NCBI GenBank assembly: GCA_000934665.2
Contig: KZ538298.1
Location: forward strand, 1-64,000
Direction of reading: 5' to 3'
DNA length: 64,000 nucleotides
DNA from: Catajapyx aquilonaris
Taxonomy: Eukaryota
Part shown: in pieces, positions 13,028-25,458 of the stretch
How positions within the stretch are numbered: the first letter of the stretch is position 1
How the letters are laid out: each line of letters opens with the position of its first letter
The notes under the pieces: generated by a model
What the model was told of the DNA's origin: nothing
What the model saw: the letters and a program-made list of their open reading frames with translations, nothing else
Databases searched by the model: none
Made by a program: the position numbers and the translations under genes

Positions 13028-16000
13028 CTTCAACAATGGCAAGGCAATTGCCTGCAAAATATTTTAAAAAAGTAGACACGAATTATTATAGAGCATTTCT
13101 AAGAACGTTTCAGAAAGTTTCAGATCTCACCACTTTTGACGGCCAAGCAGTCAGGAGAACTTGGCCTTTTTTTTTACAGAAAGGTTTTTGGTGGGATAGA
13201 GCATTTCTAAGAACGTTAAGCCCAAGCAGGTGAACTCCGCATCGATTTCTTTAGACTTCGCACTTCTAAACGGAAGTTCATGATGGGAAATAATAGCCCA
13301 GGCGTGTATCTACAGCAACCGTTCTTTACTGCCGGAAGAGAAGAAAAACCCAACAACCGACCACTGAACTTTCAAAACCCCCATCGATTTTATTTTCCCT
13401 CCTATAGTCCTAGAGTATCGCAAATGTAGTTGCAGCAGGGAATATCTCGGGGGTCTCCCATATGAATCCTTCATGAGGAACACTTTGCTCGTTTTATATC
13501 CTCTCTGAGTTTGTGGTTTCAGCTGTGGGTTTTGAAACAAAGAAGCTTTCGTGTACTGATTGGTTTATACGGCAGCTTGAAAACCGAAGCGCGCTCAAGC
13601 AAGAGCCGGATTATTTCAGAGTCGGAACAAACAAAAGTGGAACGCTCCAAGTGGTGAAGTTTCAGGAGGGCATAAACATTAATTAAAGTTTCTCCCCTCT
13701 CATGAAGAATGGGTTTAAATATAGAAGCTATGAATTTTTGGGGGGTAATAAGGGCATGGGTTGCACAGGACGGGCTCAAAAGTTTGAATGCACGGAAACC
13801 TGGGACATGGAATAAACCACTAGGGAAATGCATAAGTGGACAGGGTAATGAATTTAACATTGGTTAAATTACCCTGGCGACGTTTCTGATAGGTCACTTG
13901 CCGCTCGTTTTGTCTGTTAGGACATATCCGGATGTAGTGGGTACTGTTTCTAGAAATGCTTTTGGGGCAGGGGCGTATATGTAATATCCTGTTGATATAC
14001 GTTATTGAGATAAATGCAGCAATATGATATAAAACTGATGTTAATAGTCCACAGAACCATTGTGTGAGATGTAATGCTCACAGACCTGCACTGTATGCGG
14101 TTAAGAAAAGGTGATGACAAAAGCAGACCTACTGATATTGACATAAACATTGCGAAGACAAACTGTTCAAAAACAAAGCGCAGTTCGGAAATGTCGTCAT
14201 AAAAGCTAACGACCCTTATTTGGAACTGGCCTGATCGCGTGTTGTCACCGAAAACACTTTTCCTATACTATCCAAATATAGCAACTACTATATTTCAGAT
14301 TTTCAAAATTTGCATTTATATCTAGCAAATTTCCTTAAATTTTAAAATCGCATGAAAATAAAACTGCGCATTGCATGGAAGTGGGCGTGATAAATTTTGA
14401 TCGTGTGCATTGCCCCATAGGCTTGTACAGCAATCGGGACGCAGAATAGCCTTACATGTCTGGTAATTGCCCGGGGCCACCATTTTCCCTCCAAGTCATG
14501 AAAGGTTGCTTGGTCATAAATGACAGCCCAACAAACATGAGGTCGTTGGGGTTAATATTTAAATCCTCCGTATATAGGTTGGCCACACTATTCAGAATCC
14601 GGAAATCCGGTCTACGGGACTTACAAGAGCGGAATTAGGGGCTGTAATCGTAGGATGGCCAGAATGAGACGTAACAAGCTGTTGCATTTCGGAATGGATT
14701 TTGCTTATGACTGAAACAGTTATTCATTTAAGAGATAATGTTTCTTAATTTTTTTTTGCGATGATTGCATTGGCTTTGATTACAAATTGCTGAATATATA
14801 GTGGGGCTTTTAGGACCTATGTGGGCACGAGCACTACCGTGGATTTAAAAATTTAAGGGGTTAATTAATCGATTGGGTGGCTGTAAATAAGGCTCACGCA
14901 GGAACAACCAACATTCACGAGTTGAGGTCAGTGGCCATTGAAATGTCTGGCATAAAGTTTATATTGACCTAAGCGCTAAGGCCAAAGTCATGTTACCTGT
15001 GCTACAGTGAGCAGGGTTCGCTTCGTGTAAATACAAGCAGAAAGTTGACAAAAAGTCACTGTCAGCTAATCCTAGGGTACTGATTTGCATTGAATTATTT
15101 ATTTATGAAATTTTTCTGTGACTGACCTAATGCCTCGAAGTACATGCAGCTATATAGGCCATGTTATGTATACTTATGCCAATGAAAATTTTGTTCGCGT
15201 GTGCATCTGAAACACTGCAAAAATTACGATAAGTCACATGGCCCGTTCATAAACCACGGAATTGTTACATTGCAAGATTGGGCAGACTGATAAACTGCAA
15301 TATATGGCAATTCCTACCTTTATCAAAAATAGTATGAATAATCATATTGATATCATCTAGACTCTAGAGTACGAGTGACGGCGTCATCATGTACCGATCA
15401 CAGCAAAGTGCGATTATTATAGTTGGCCCGCTAGTGCATGGTGAGAATGTTTAGTCTTGCTATAATATGATTACGTCATTCACGTGCTTGTCAATCACTT
15501 CCTGGCCGATGTGCGTGACCGCAAAAATCATTCACAAAAGTCCAGATTTGTCTGGATTTTAGGGATTGAAAAATACGCACTGTATTTCTGCAGGCTGAAG
15601 AAAAACTAATTTTGAGGACAAAAATGATTGAGCCTCCATGGACCTGCGAGGAAATTCAATCTAAAAAAAATTGCCTTCCTCCATCTTTCAAGAAGGCGAT
15701 ATTAAACTTCCTCGGTGCTTTTGAAACACAGAAGTGGCCGTGGCACCAAACCATTTCGTGAAGAACAGTGTGCTGATATTAATAGGAAAGTTTATCACTG
15801 TTGTTACTAGGACATACAAATGTGTTGTTAATGGAACACACATCAATTTTTGTATACGTACATATCGACGTGGCCTTTTCTTGCGCAATGGCATCTGCAG
15901 TAGTTTAGAGTTATTGATATGTTTAGCAAAGAGCGGTTACATACCATTTCCCTTAGAAAATGCCCGCACTGTACGATACCCAGGGCTTGAACTGTAGACG

Positions 16001-16694
16001 ATTTGACCACACCATATACGTAATGTAAGTCTCACACCATGTGTTAATCCATTTCCGTGCCTACTGTACACACACTGGATTCATGTTGAAACAAAGTCCC
16101 ACTTTGTGAATGTTCATATGGAAATCCTTTCTAGGGATTAAAGTCAATAGAGGCAGCGCAGAAAAAAAAAGCACAGAAAATGCTCGGAAATTAATTTATA
16201 CTGTAAAAATGTGCACTGTCTGCGATTACATTTTCTCATCAGATGTGTATTTCCCATCAATGTTTGCTTTTTCCAAATGAAAAGTATGGCACGCCATCGT
16301 TGGGGTGCTTCTGAGGAGGTGAATACGCTATACTGTACTCGGAATGTGAAATTGAATATACACCACTGAAAGGTCATGTGTACAGTACAGTATACATAGA
16401 GGCCTGTTACCTCGCATTACACACTAAAAAGTGTTTATGGCCGTACATTATTCTCATCTTTTTCAGCATTTAAAAAACAATGTCATATTCAGTTACGACT
16501 AGGTAGGCTATTAAGTTTCATGTTCACATAATTAGTAACAATATATAATTTCAGTCATGTAGGCATCCGAACACTTTTTGATTTGAATATCACCACCACT
16601 TGACATATGCACACTCACCTATCTGGCTCTTGAAAAGTTTCCTCCCATAATTTTCGAGTGGTTGCACCAAGTCCTTACTGGTGTTACAACCCAT
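13028..16694 (-). CDS. 5' part of a gene for a predicted N-acylated protein (MGCNTSK...; igloo/GAP-43-like candidate); remainder probably left of the window
   Basis: Exon 16694-16619 encodes MGCNTSKDLVQPLENYGRKLFKSQI and ends at a consensus donor (AG|GTGAGT, phase 1). A 24-nt exon 13051-13028 (TTTTGCAG|...|GTGAGT) continues in frame as GNCLAIVE. Confidence 0.6.
13088..13217 (+). mobile_element. Short retroposon-like insert with 22-bp flanking direct repeat, copy 1
   Basis: ATAGAGCATTTCTAAGAACGTT at 13088-13109 and 13196-13217; core 13118-13192 nearly identical to 57650-57722. Confidence 0.75.
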
Positions 16695-17089
16695 GACCCC
16701 ACAGTGTCCATGTGTGCCACCCGTGTCACAGCACAGGCCTCCTCCAGGTCATAGTCCCAGCAGAGTGCAACATCCCCCACACTCCAAGTCACTAGTGATC
16801 CTTGACCCCTCCTTCTCACATGGTGGGTATATACACTTGTTGTGTGCTTCTCACCTGCTTAGTTTTTTTTTCTTTCTTTCGCCTTCTAGTTCTTTTTTGG
16901 CAGCGCCGAGGGCTCCAATCACGGCGGTGCCATGCAGTTAGAAGGACGGCGATCGAATAAAAGGCCAAGCAGGGAACCAACGCCTTCCCTTTCTTGCATG
17001 CCATGAAAAGCCTCCTCTTGCCTTGCTATAGGTCGCTTATATGGAGCTGACCGCCATGTCAAAACTCACTTTCTCCCAGTGGACCCCCG

Positions 17090-17720
17090 GCTATGACGTA
17101 TTGGATACTCAGTGACTCAGGGATCATTATCATGTATCCAGGCAATTTGATGACATCGGGGGTTCCGAATATACTCAGGGCCTTGTTTAAGTATAGATGA
17201 GTTTGGTTAGGTAACCGGTTGCGCGATGAACCCGGACCTATCCCACGGGTTCAGGTGTAACTCGGTGATTTATGTTATGCGCATGTGCGGCATCGTTTAG
17301 TATCGCCCATGCGCAGACGCCTGTCCAACTTACGTCGGTAAAGGTTATCTATGGTGAAAAGTAGTTGAAGATGTACTGAATCAATGTTCAGGCCCTTTGA
17401 TAGCGGCTCCAAAGTCACCCGCAGCCTTTGAAAGTGGCTGATTTTTCATGTTTTTAATGTCAGATGCCTGGAGTGCAACAAAATGGTATCGATCATATTA
17501 TGACGCATGGGTTGAAAGGCAGCTCTATAAACAAAATAGAAACTGCAGTAGCTTCTATAACCAGACCAATCACGCAAGCCGCCGCTATTCTGCTCCTTTT
17601 ATTGGAAGATCCATCGTGTCAAGATTATTTTCTTACATAAATGTACTATTGGGATTAAATGGCGGCACTTTCGAATTAAATGCACCTCTCGTCTAACCAA
17701 GGCGTCATTGACCACCTCAG
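17090..17720 (-). promoter_or_regulatory. Putative promoter of the MGCNTSK gene
   Basis: CpG-enriched. NRF1-like TGCGCATG/CATGCGCA (17278-17315), CCAAT/ATTGG boxes (17565, 17601), YY1-like AAATGGCGGC (17657); lies just upstream of the first coding exon. Confidence 0.4.
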
Positions 17721-17764
17721 ATGAGGCCCATTCCATTGCCATATGGAGTACTAATCGGTCTCAA

Positions 17765-17890
17765 TTAGTTCCGGCCACCTTGAAGCAACCCTTCGTTGAG
17801 GCCCCACGGTGAAGAGGTGTGTGTGTGAAGGATTGCTTCAAGACCAGGATAAAGTGGCTGGAACTAATAATTGAACCCAGTATACATATC
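17765..17890. mobile_element. Palindromic MITE family B, copy 1
   Basis: TTGAAGCAACCCTTC...GAAGGATTGCTTCAAGACCAGGATAAAGTGGC; related copy with inverted core at 54633-54782. Confidence 0.7.
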
Positions 17891-17931
17891 GAGTATATGG
17901 ATGAAATATATGAAGTGTATTATATTATTGC

Positions 17932-18068
17932 ATACCTATACCTACCTATACCTACCTATACCACCTATACCTACCTATACCTATACCACCTATACCTATA
18001 GGCCTACCTATACCTATACCTACCTATATCTATACCTACCTATACCTATACCTACTTATACCTATACC
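17932..18068. repeat. (CCTATA/CCTA)n compound microsatellite
   Basis: Tandem TACCTA/CCTATA units visible directly. Confidence 0.9.
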
Positions 18069-20055
18069 ACCACAACACTCCCGGGCATTGTCGAGTTGCT
18101 TCTTAGTTTTTATACACCGGTAACCCAAAATAATGTGACATCACACTATTTTGCAGCACACATTTTGGCCATTAAACATCACCTTCACGTAGACCCAAAA
18201 GCACCTTAAAAATAAGGACCACCCTCAATTTGGAGGCATGGAATAACGCATGAAATGAGCCATGTAATTTCCATGACTTTCTGGCCGGTTTTATTTCTGC
18301 GCGAATCTTTTTTCCACCGCCCATTTACGATTCCTCACGGGAAAAGTGCCAGAGCGTCACATCTAGACTCCAAATGCATAAATCTGGCCAGACCATTCTT
18401 CCTTGTTATTGCACAGGAAAAACTCACTCAGTTTTATTCCACCTCCTGCCCACCCCTTCAGGAACCTAGGAACTCTAGGAGAGAGGGAAAAATATATACT
18501 CTAGTGTCAAGCAGGTTGGGCAAACTTTTCAGGCAGGATTCTGCGAGATTAATATTTCAACATAATCTCCTTACTGTATGTAGGGCACTGGGGCGTACAG
18601 GGTGTTTCCTAATGGAGTTCAAAAAATGCAAATGCCTGCATAATAACATCGATCGATAGGGAGGTATATTATGGATAAGGATCTTCAATATTGGGTTGTC
18701 TCGTTTATACTGTATATCTCAATTGGTGTAGCCAATTTTGTAGTAAGCGTTGTTGTTTTTATTGAGCGGTTCTCTCACCTTGTCGTGTTCCGCCCACGTA
18801 TATATTAAATCCAGGTATACCAAAAGAGCTAGCAACAAAAGCTCCTTCAAGATCATCCGCTAAGGCCAAATGTCAACCAGCACCGTTTTCGTGACGACCA
18901 CTTACGTGATGCACATTTCTCACCGGCTTCGTGACGGGGGGTAGAACGTGTGAATTTTTATAGTAAGGTTCTGAGAACGTACAGGCTGCACGGGACATTT
19001 TTTTTGGAAGGTAGTGTTTTCTAACATAGGCCAACAATGGGATCGGAAATGCTACGGTGCAACATACAGACAATGAGGTGGTACAATAGGCGACAGTGCT
19101 TTTCATCTGAGTCGCATCGTTGGATAACATAGAGCTTCTATTGTTCATGGAGGGACCAAATCGATACCTACTTTACCCCTGGGCATACCACACGTTGGAC
19201 AAGAGAGTCTAACTCACAGGATGAACCTTGACACATTTTCTAGCAAAGTGAATCTAATGTTTGCCTCGAGTCCGACCCCTATCTAAGGGGCCAATTCGCT
19301 CGGAACGTATTCGGCTAATTTAATGTCGCGTTTCCTCCTACAGGGGAGTGGAGGATAAGGGGACGGCAAAAGCTCACAAATCAGAGGGTCTCGTCTGATA
19401 AACCCAAAGGTTCCAACGCTTGGAATGCGTCCTGAGAACTGGGCACGCAAACTGCCCACCCCACCCCTGGCTAGCATGGGAGGAGCACTGGCCATATCGC
19501 AAATTTTACCGCCCCATCCAATCTTCAGCTATTCGGGCCTCCCAAATAATGGGGATTTTCTTTGCAGTCACGCTGACCCCCTTGGCTTCACCTCAAAGGC
19601 AGGAAATTACTTTACCTGCACTCCCATTTTGACCCAGCCCTATGAAGGTCGCTGAAAAAGATTTACAGCATGGTTATTGGGCGTTGGTTGCTCACAAGCG
19701 GTTGACTGCAGTCGTGTTTGGTTACAGATAGAGGCATAATTTCATCTGGGTCTGACACTCAAATCGACTCCTGTAATTGAGTAATGATTGTGTTGGCATC
19801 AAGCTATTCCATGTAGGCAGGAACACCCGGGGGCGTTTACTAATGGTGCTTTCTCCCTCGACATGAAACTCTAGGGCCTTTTGTGCCACCATAACGCCTG
19901 GTTAGCCCTCTTGACAAATGGCACTTCACATTTGCCTCCCTTTGTCACTTGGAAGAGAAGAAAAATTGCAGCAAAAAAGGGGCTAAAATACAATCTATCA
20001 CTTGTTTATTTCTTCAAAAAAAGACAGTTATGTAACCAAAAACAAAGGCAAAGAG

Positions 20056-23000
20056 TCACATGTCAGCCACACTCCACTTATAGGCATCTTCCTCCGTGGC
20101 CTTTCTGTTGTTCTGTTGTAAAAGCCATTGCTTTTCGTATCCATTAGATCGGTCAACACCATCCCACCTATAGCCAGGCAAGATGGCAAATCGATTGGGC
20201 ATAGGAAGAGGACCTTTATAGGTGGGTCTCCCAGGGTTTGTTCCTGCCTTTTGAGCCTTCTTTCGATTAATGTATTCTAGCATGGGGTCTTCGATGCGCT
20301 CCTGGGCTCGCAAGTGTTGATCCAGGTCCTCGTCATCTGCGTACCGTGCTAGGGGTTTCGACATCTCCTTCATTGCTTCTTCAGCATTGGCAGTCTGGTT
20401 CTCAATTTGTTTCACTCTGCAAATACACACAAGGGTAGCAGTTAGTCAGTAAAACACTCGACCCAGTTGCTATGACCATTGGCAAAACATATGTAGACAA
20501 TAGCCATATAGTCATCGAAAAAAATGTCACATAAATTTCGCATACTAACCCTCTGCTCCACTTAGCGTATTTCTGAGCCAGTTCAGCATCTTGCGCTTCC
20601 TGCTCTTGCTTCTTCCTCTTCTCCGCTTCTAGGTCAACCTTCTTTCCTTTGCGACGCAGGATTGTCTGTGCCTTCCTACCAGATTTTTCATCACCAAGCT
20701 GTCAAATATATTTCAAAATATTGCCCGGTAAGTACATGTAAGGTTAAGAAAACAACTATTAGAGAGGTGTACAAATATAAATTATTGAAACTATTACCAT
20801 TTGCAAATATTTTACCAACTAGTACATTTTCTACTTTGGAACATAAGGTACTTCAAGTTCTACACCAGGCATCCTCTGAATGTGGTTACACAATCCTGCA
20901 GTCGAATTAATATCCACTGCTTGTGATAACTCCCAATTAGCAAAGCAAAATTCTGGAATATTTAATGACTTTCCCCGTAAAATTTGCTTCGTTTAGTACA
21001 AATGGGCTCCCAACTATCAATCACAATTTAAATGAGCGTGCTATAAATTGTGCCGCATGCATTTAGTAAGTGCTGAATGTGGTAAAGGAGAAGCATCTAA
21101 TCAGTTTATGGTGCACCTGCAACTTATATCACACTCCATAAAAAATTCAAATCAATAAGCATTTTGTGATGATGGGGAGATAAATCACCTCTTCAAAAGA
21201 CCTGGCTTTGACACAAATCAATACTTCCCAACGTTGATTAAATTCTAGCACCCAGGTGGAAGAGATTGCCCACCTGGCCATAAAAAATCTTTGGGTGTTG
21301 GGGGTGAGAAAGAAATGATAATAAAAATTGCTGCCCTGACCCATTTTCACCCCAAATTGGCCATTAGAAAAGCCCCCCATTACAGATAAGAAATGGCTCA
21401 CCTCAGAGAACATTTTCGCCTCCATTCGTTTGATCTCCTTAGATTCTTCTGCAAGTGCCCTTGCGTGCTGGAGACCTGCTTTTTTCCCATCAAGGGTTTT
21501 GTCACGGCGACCCCCAGGTGGTCCCCGCTCCAAAGATGGGCTTCTCTGCCTCCTCCTGGGTGGTGATTGGTCACGTTTGGAGTCATTTGGTCGCCGCCTG
21601 GGTGGTGACTGGTCTTGACCAGAGTCGTTGCGATGCCGTCTTGATGGAGATTGGTCATGACTGGAATTGTATCTCCTCCTGCTGGAATCCACATTATGTC
21701 TCATGTCTTTTCGCCTAGGAGGTGACTGGTCATCACTGTTTCTTCTTCTCCTTGGTGGAGACTGGTCCTCATCTGAATCGTGCCTTCGTTTCCTAGGTGG
21801 TGATATGTCCTGATCAGAATCATGCCTCTGCCTTCTGGGAGGTGAATTGTCTTCATAACTCTGCCTCCGCTGCCTGGAAGACGAGCGGTCGTGATCTGAG
21901 TTGTCCTGCCTCTTTCTTGGTGGTGAAATGTCCTGGTCTGAGTCATGTCTGGCTTTCCTCCTTGGTGGAGACTGATCTGGACCTGAATCAGAGTCATGCC
22001 TCTTCCGCCCACCTTCTCTAGGCGAGTTCTCTGCACTAGATGTGATTTCCTTCTTAATCCCATCGTCAAGGGTACGCCACTTGGAAGCATTCTTAAACAG
22101 TTCAAGCTTCTGTACTATAGCTGGACGATCGTCCACCACACCTGCTACCTGTGGACAGTCCTCAGGATCATCTTCATCAAACAGGGACGGCTCCTTCTTG
22201 TTGCTCTCATTGATCACCTTCTCCAGGTCCACATCATCGTCCACAATTTTGGTCCTGGAAATATAAATAGCTTTAAGTATATGGTTCAGTGACCGACAGT
22301 TCTCACCAAACCTAAGAGATTTTAAACGACTTCTGTGTATTCCCCATGGTTAGTTCATAATGTACTACATCCATTATCCATATTTGCAATCACAATAACT
22401 TACAGCCATTCTTGCACCTTTTCTCATAGGCCAAGTTTTCATTAGTACTATTTCTGGATGCAACCATTTTCATTCAGAGGGAAAGGGTGGCCAGCAGGTG
22501 GTTGGAAATCAGTTGGCAGAGGGTCAGCAGGAGGTCCGAGATAGCGCCTTGGAATCCATTAGATTGATCTGTCTCTTTCTGACCCTTAAGTTAGGTGAAG
22601 AGAGAAGTCATAATTTTTTGTGCATGACAAGTCAGGCTATGTTTTATGCATTTGAATGTCTTACCTCTTACACCATTGACAGGTTCTATAATCTGAGAAA
22701 AGTTATGACACCCTTCATTCCTCAACATTAAGTTTTTAACGTTTCCCAATCATGACATAAGCAGGCGTGTTTGGGTGCCCAATTCATACGGCTATTTTCC
22801 TCTTATTTTTAGAACATGGGAAATCTAGTTACGAAAAGCTAGTGGGAAAACAAACTATGCACAAACAGCCCCCCTTATAAAATATTCACATGTGAAAATT
22901 TCAAAGTTCTACCAAAAAATTGAGAAATAGATTTTCGTTAGAGTATTTCAGGTTATAAACTACTGTGCGCCATACCACTACTTATTCGTGCAACTTATTC

Positions 23001-25458
23001 CTAGTTTATAGAGTGTGTGTAATCTGTACAACAGAACCAACTTATTCATCAGTGATTTAATCCACACTGCAATAAAATAATACTGTATAAGGTCTCGATG
23101 ACAGGCAGGCTGGCATCAACAACACTGCAGTCATCATCAACTAGTTTATAGACCTCACATTAGCAAATTCCATGATAAATTTTAACGAAACATCTAGTAA
23201 TTAACCAAAATACTGTATAGGGGACCCAGCCGTACATGCTGACTGTGACGTAACAATTTCACTTGCCAGGTTATAGGCATATGCAACGGAATTCTGCCAA
23301 ATGCACCTCTGGCGCCTCCCACTTTTCAAGTTTCCATGGAAATTCCCTCACACAATAATACTTATAAACTTCAATGACAATAGAACACTGTTTACTACTA
23401 CTGTTGCATGAGGGCATTTCCATGGAAACAGGAGGAGTGGGAGGTTCCAGAGGTGTGTCCGGCATATTCCTGTTGACTGTAACTTGGCAGGCGAACCTAT
23501 TATGTCACACAGTCAGGTTAGGCTGGGTCCCCCATATCAGGTTAGTATAGTCTTCTTCACTGACCAGCCCTCTTCCATAAAACCCACCAGGTGCTGTTGT
23601 GAGATGTCTTGGTTTAGCAAGGCAAGTATATTGGCCTTGAACAATTCTGATGTATTCGAACAAGTGCAATTATGTTCAGACCTTATACAGTATTATTTTA
23701 TTGCTGTGTGGATTAAATCGCTGATAAATGAATGGATTCTGTTTGATACATTACACACTCTCAATCCTTACAACCAAACTGACTTTTTTTACTCCCCTGA
23801 ATTTTGAAATTGTTTGCATTTTCTCATTCTCCTTGGCCTTTAGTGTTGTGCAAACATCACCTCAGCTTCTAATGCTCATGTTAGCAGGGTCAAAATACAA
23901 GCCAAAAGGGTGGCGATATTCCTAAAGCCACAACAGCAGCCGGTCGCAGGTCCCCTGTCCTCGGTCCCCAGTCGCCTCGACTGATACCATATTACGTCAC
24001 ATAAAGCGGCATGCCAGTATAAACCGCGGGTGGCCGGCATGCCGCAATAACCAAGGTAGATTTCCATAATTTTGATCCTTGTCATTTTTGAATGGAATGC
24101 TTCTAGTACAGTACTGAAATTATGTTACTATGAAAATGGGTGAGTGTACCTGGTGTCCAACAAGAATTGTCGCAAGCGGCAGCGCACGAACTACAGTCTC
24201 TCGTGGACCTGTGCTCGTAGATTGTAGTTCGTGCGCTGCCGCTGCGACAATTCTTGTTGGACTGATAGTACAGGCTGTGAGAATATGCAAGTTCTGTTGC
24301 ACAGTGCATATAAAAAATGCAGATTGTGTGACCAATCCTATCGTCAGTCTGCTTCTAAATACCGATTATTGCCAGACACTGCAATTGAAAACAATATATT
24401 AGGAAAATGTGCCTTTTCGATAACCTTTACGTGAATTTCAATTCTCAGGCAAATGTCAAGTTCGGAAAGGATAATGTAACATGTGAAAACCTCAGCTTAT
24501 ACAGTCATACCCTTATACCGGCATGCCGGGATAGCCACCAGATCGTGCATTTCTAAAAACTGGTCGACCTCGGCTACACCGGCATGCCGCTTTATGTGAG
24601 GTAACACGGTGTGTGTACTAATTTGTCATTCATTGATTCGACTTGATTCATAAATTGCTACATAAAGTTTATTTCAAAGAGTGTGAGGTGATACTTCTCG
24701 TTCGCACCACCCCAGAGAATGCTACAATCGCGGCGACCAGGTACCAGGGACCCAGGACAAGCGACCCGCGACCGGCTGCAGGTGTTGTAGGAATATCCTT
24801 TAGGCTTGTATCTTGACTGCGCTAACGTGAGCATTAGCAGCTGAGGTGATGTTTGCACAACACTGTAGACCAAGGAGACTTAGAAAAGGCAAAAAATTTC
24901 AAAATTCAGGGGAGTAAAATGAGTACGTTTGGTTGTTAGAGTACTTCTCAATTACATACATTTGTATTACTTTTGTTTACAGTGATAGCATTGAAAATAT
25001 ATGATTACCCTATCATATGTCTATCTGGGACAAGGGGGTATGGTGGTTTAATGGCTATGCTACTGGCCAGCCAAGCGGGAGGTCCGAGGTTCAAATCCTG
25101 TCCCCATCACCTTCGCTTAGTCTGGTCTTTTTCTGCTTATGGCATTCCTTTTACATAGTTGATTTTGTCTTACTGCTATTGCGCACTTGATATGCAATAG
25201 CGTGAATATGTTGAAAGCTTTTAAATGCATGAGCATGTGAGAAAAGCCCATGATTCTCTTTATGGAAATATTAACTTTATTATTATAGGCCAGGGGAATG
25301 TTGCCGGCTGGGTTGCAGTGAGGCGGTTTATACCTTCCCGTGGCGGACTTGGCCTTGTGCTTCTTCTTCTTCCTCTTGTCCTTCTTCGGGTCAGACAGGT
25401 ACTTCTTCAGATAGTCCTCCTTGCTGCCGCCGCCAACGACCAGAGAGTCGGCCGCCAT
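20056..25458 (-). CDS. BUD13: BUD13 homolog (RES splicing complex), 4 exons, about 495 aa
   Basis: Exons 25458-25334, 22254-21402, 20698-20550, 20416-20056; all GT-AG and frame-consistent. N-terminal KEDYLKKYLS, RHDSD..SPPR repeats, C-terminal PNRFAILPGYRWDGVDRSNGYE...YKWSVADM. AATAAA at 20010-20005. Confidence 0.95.
23766..24943. mobile_element. Nested inverted-repeat composite element in BUD13 intron 1
   Basis: Outer arms ~23766-23980 / 24730-24943, middle arms ~23986-24031 / 24565-24610, inner hairpin 24162-24255. Confidence 0.8.
25035..25110 (+). mobile_element. tRNA-Gly(GCC)-like SINE head or tRNA pseudogene
   Basis: A box TGGTTTAATGG, B box GGTTCAAATCC; GCCAGCCAAGCGGGAGGTCCG resembles tRNA-Gly GCCTGCCACGCGGGAGGCCCG; stems are degenerate. 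Confidence 0.6.

Noticed and set aside
16619..17004. Track ORFs MACKKGK... and MRRRGQG...
   Set aside because: No recognisable homology; the third frame (MGCNTSK) fits the donor site and a known motif.
17871..18209. 112-aa Y/T/P-rich ORF
   Set aside because: Translation of a microsatellite.
21147..21401. C-terminal extension of the 365-aa ORF (VSHFLSVMGG...)
   Set aside because: Read-through into BUD13 intron 2 past the GAG|GTGAGC donor.
21530..22010. ~42-bp periodic repeats, superficially array-like
   Set aside because: Coding RHDSD-SPPR repeats normal for BUD13; not CRISPR.
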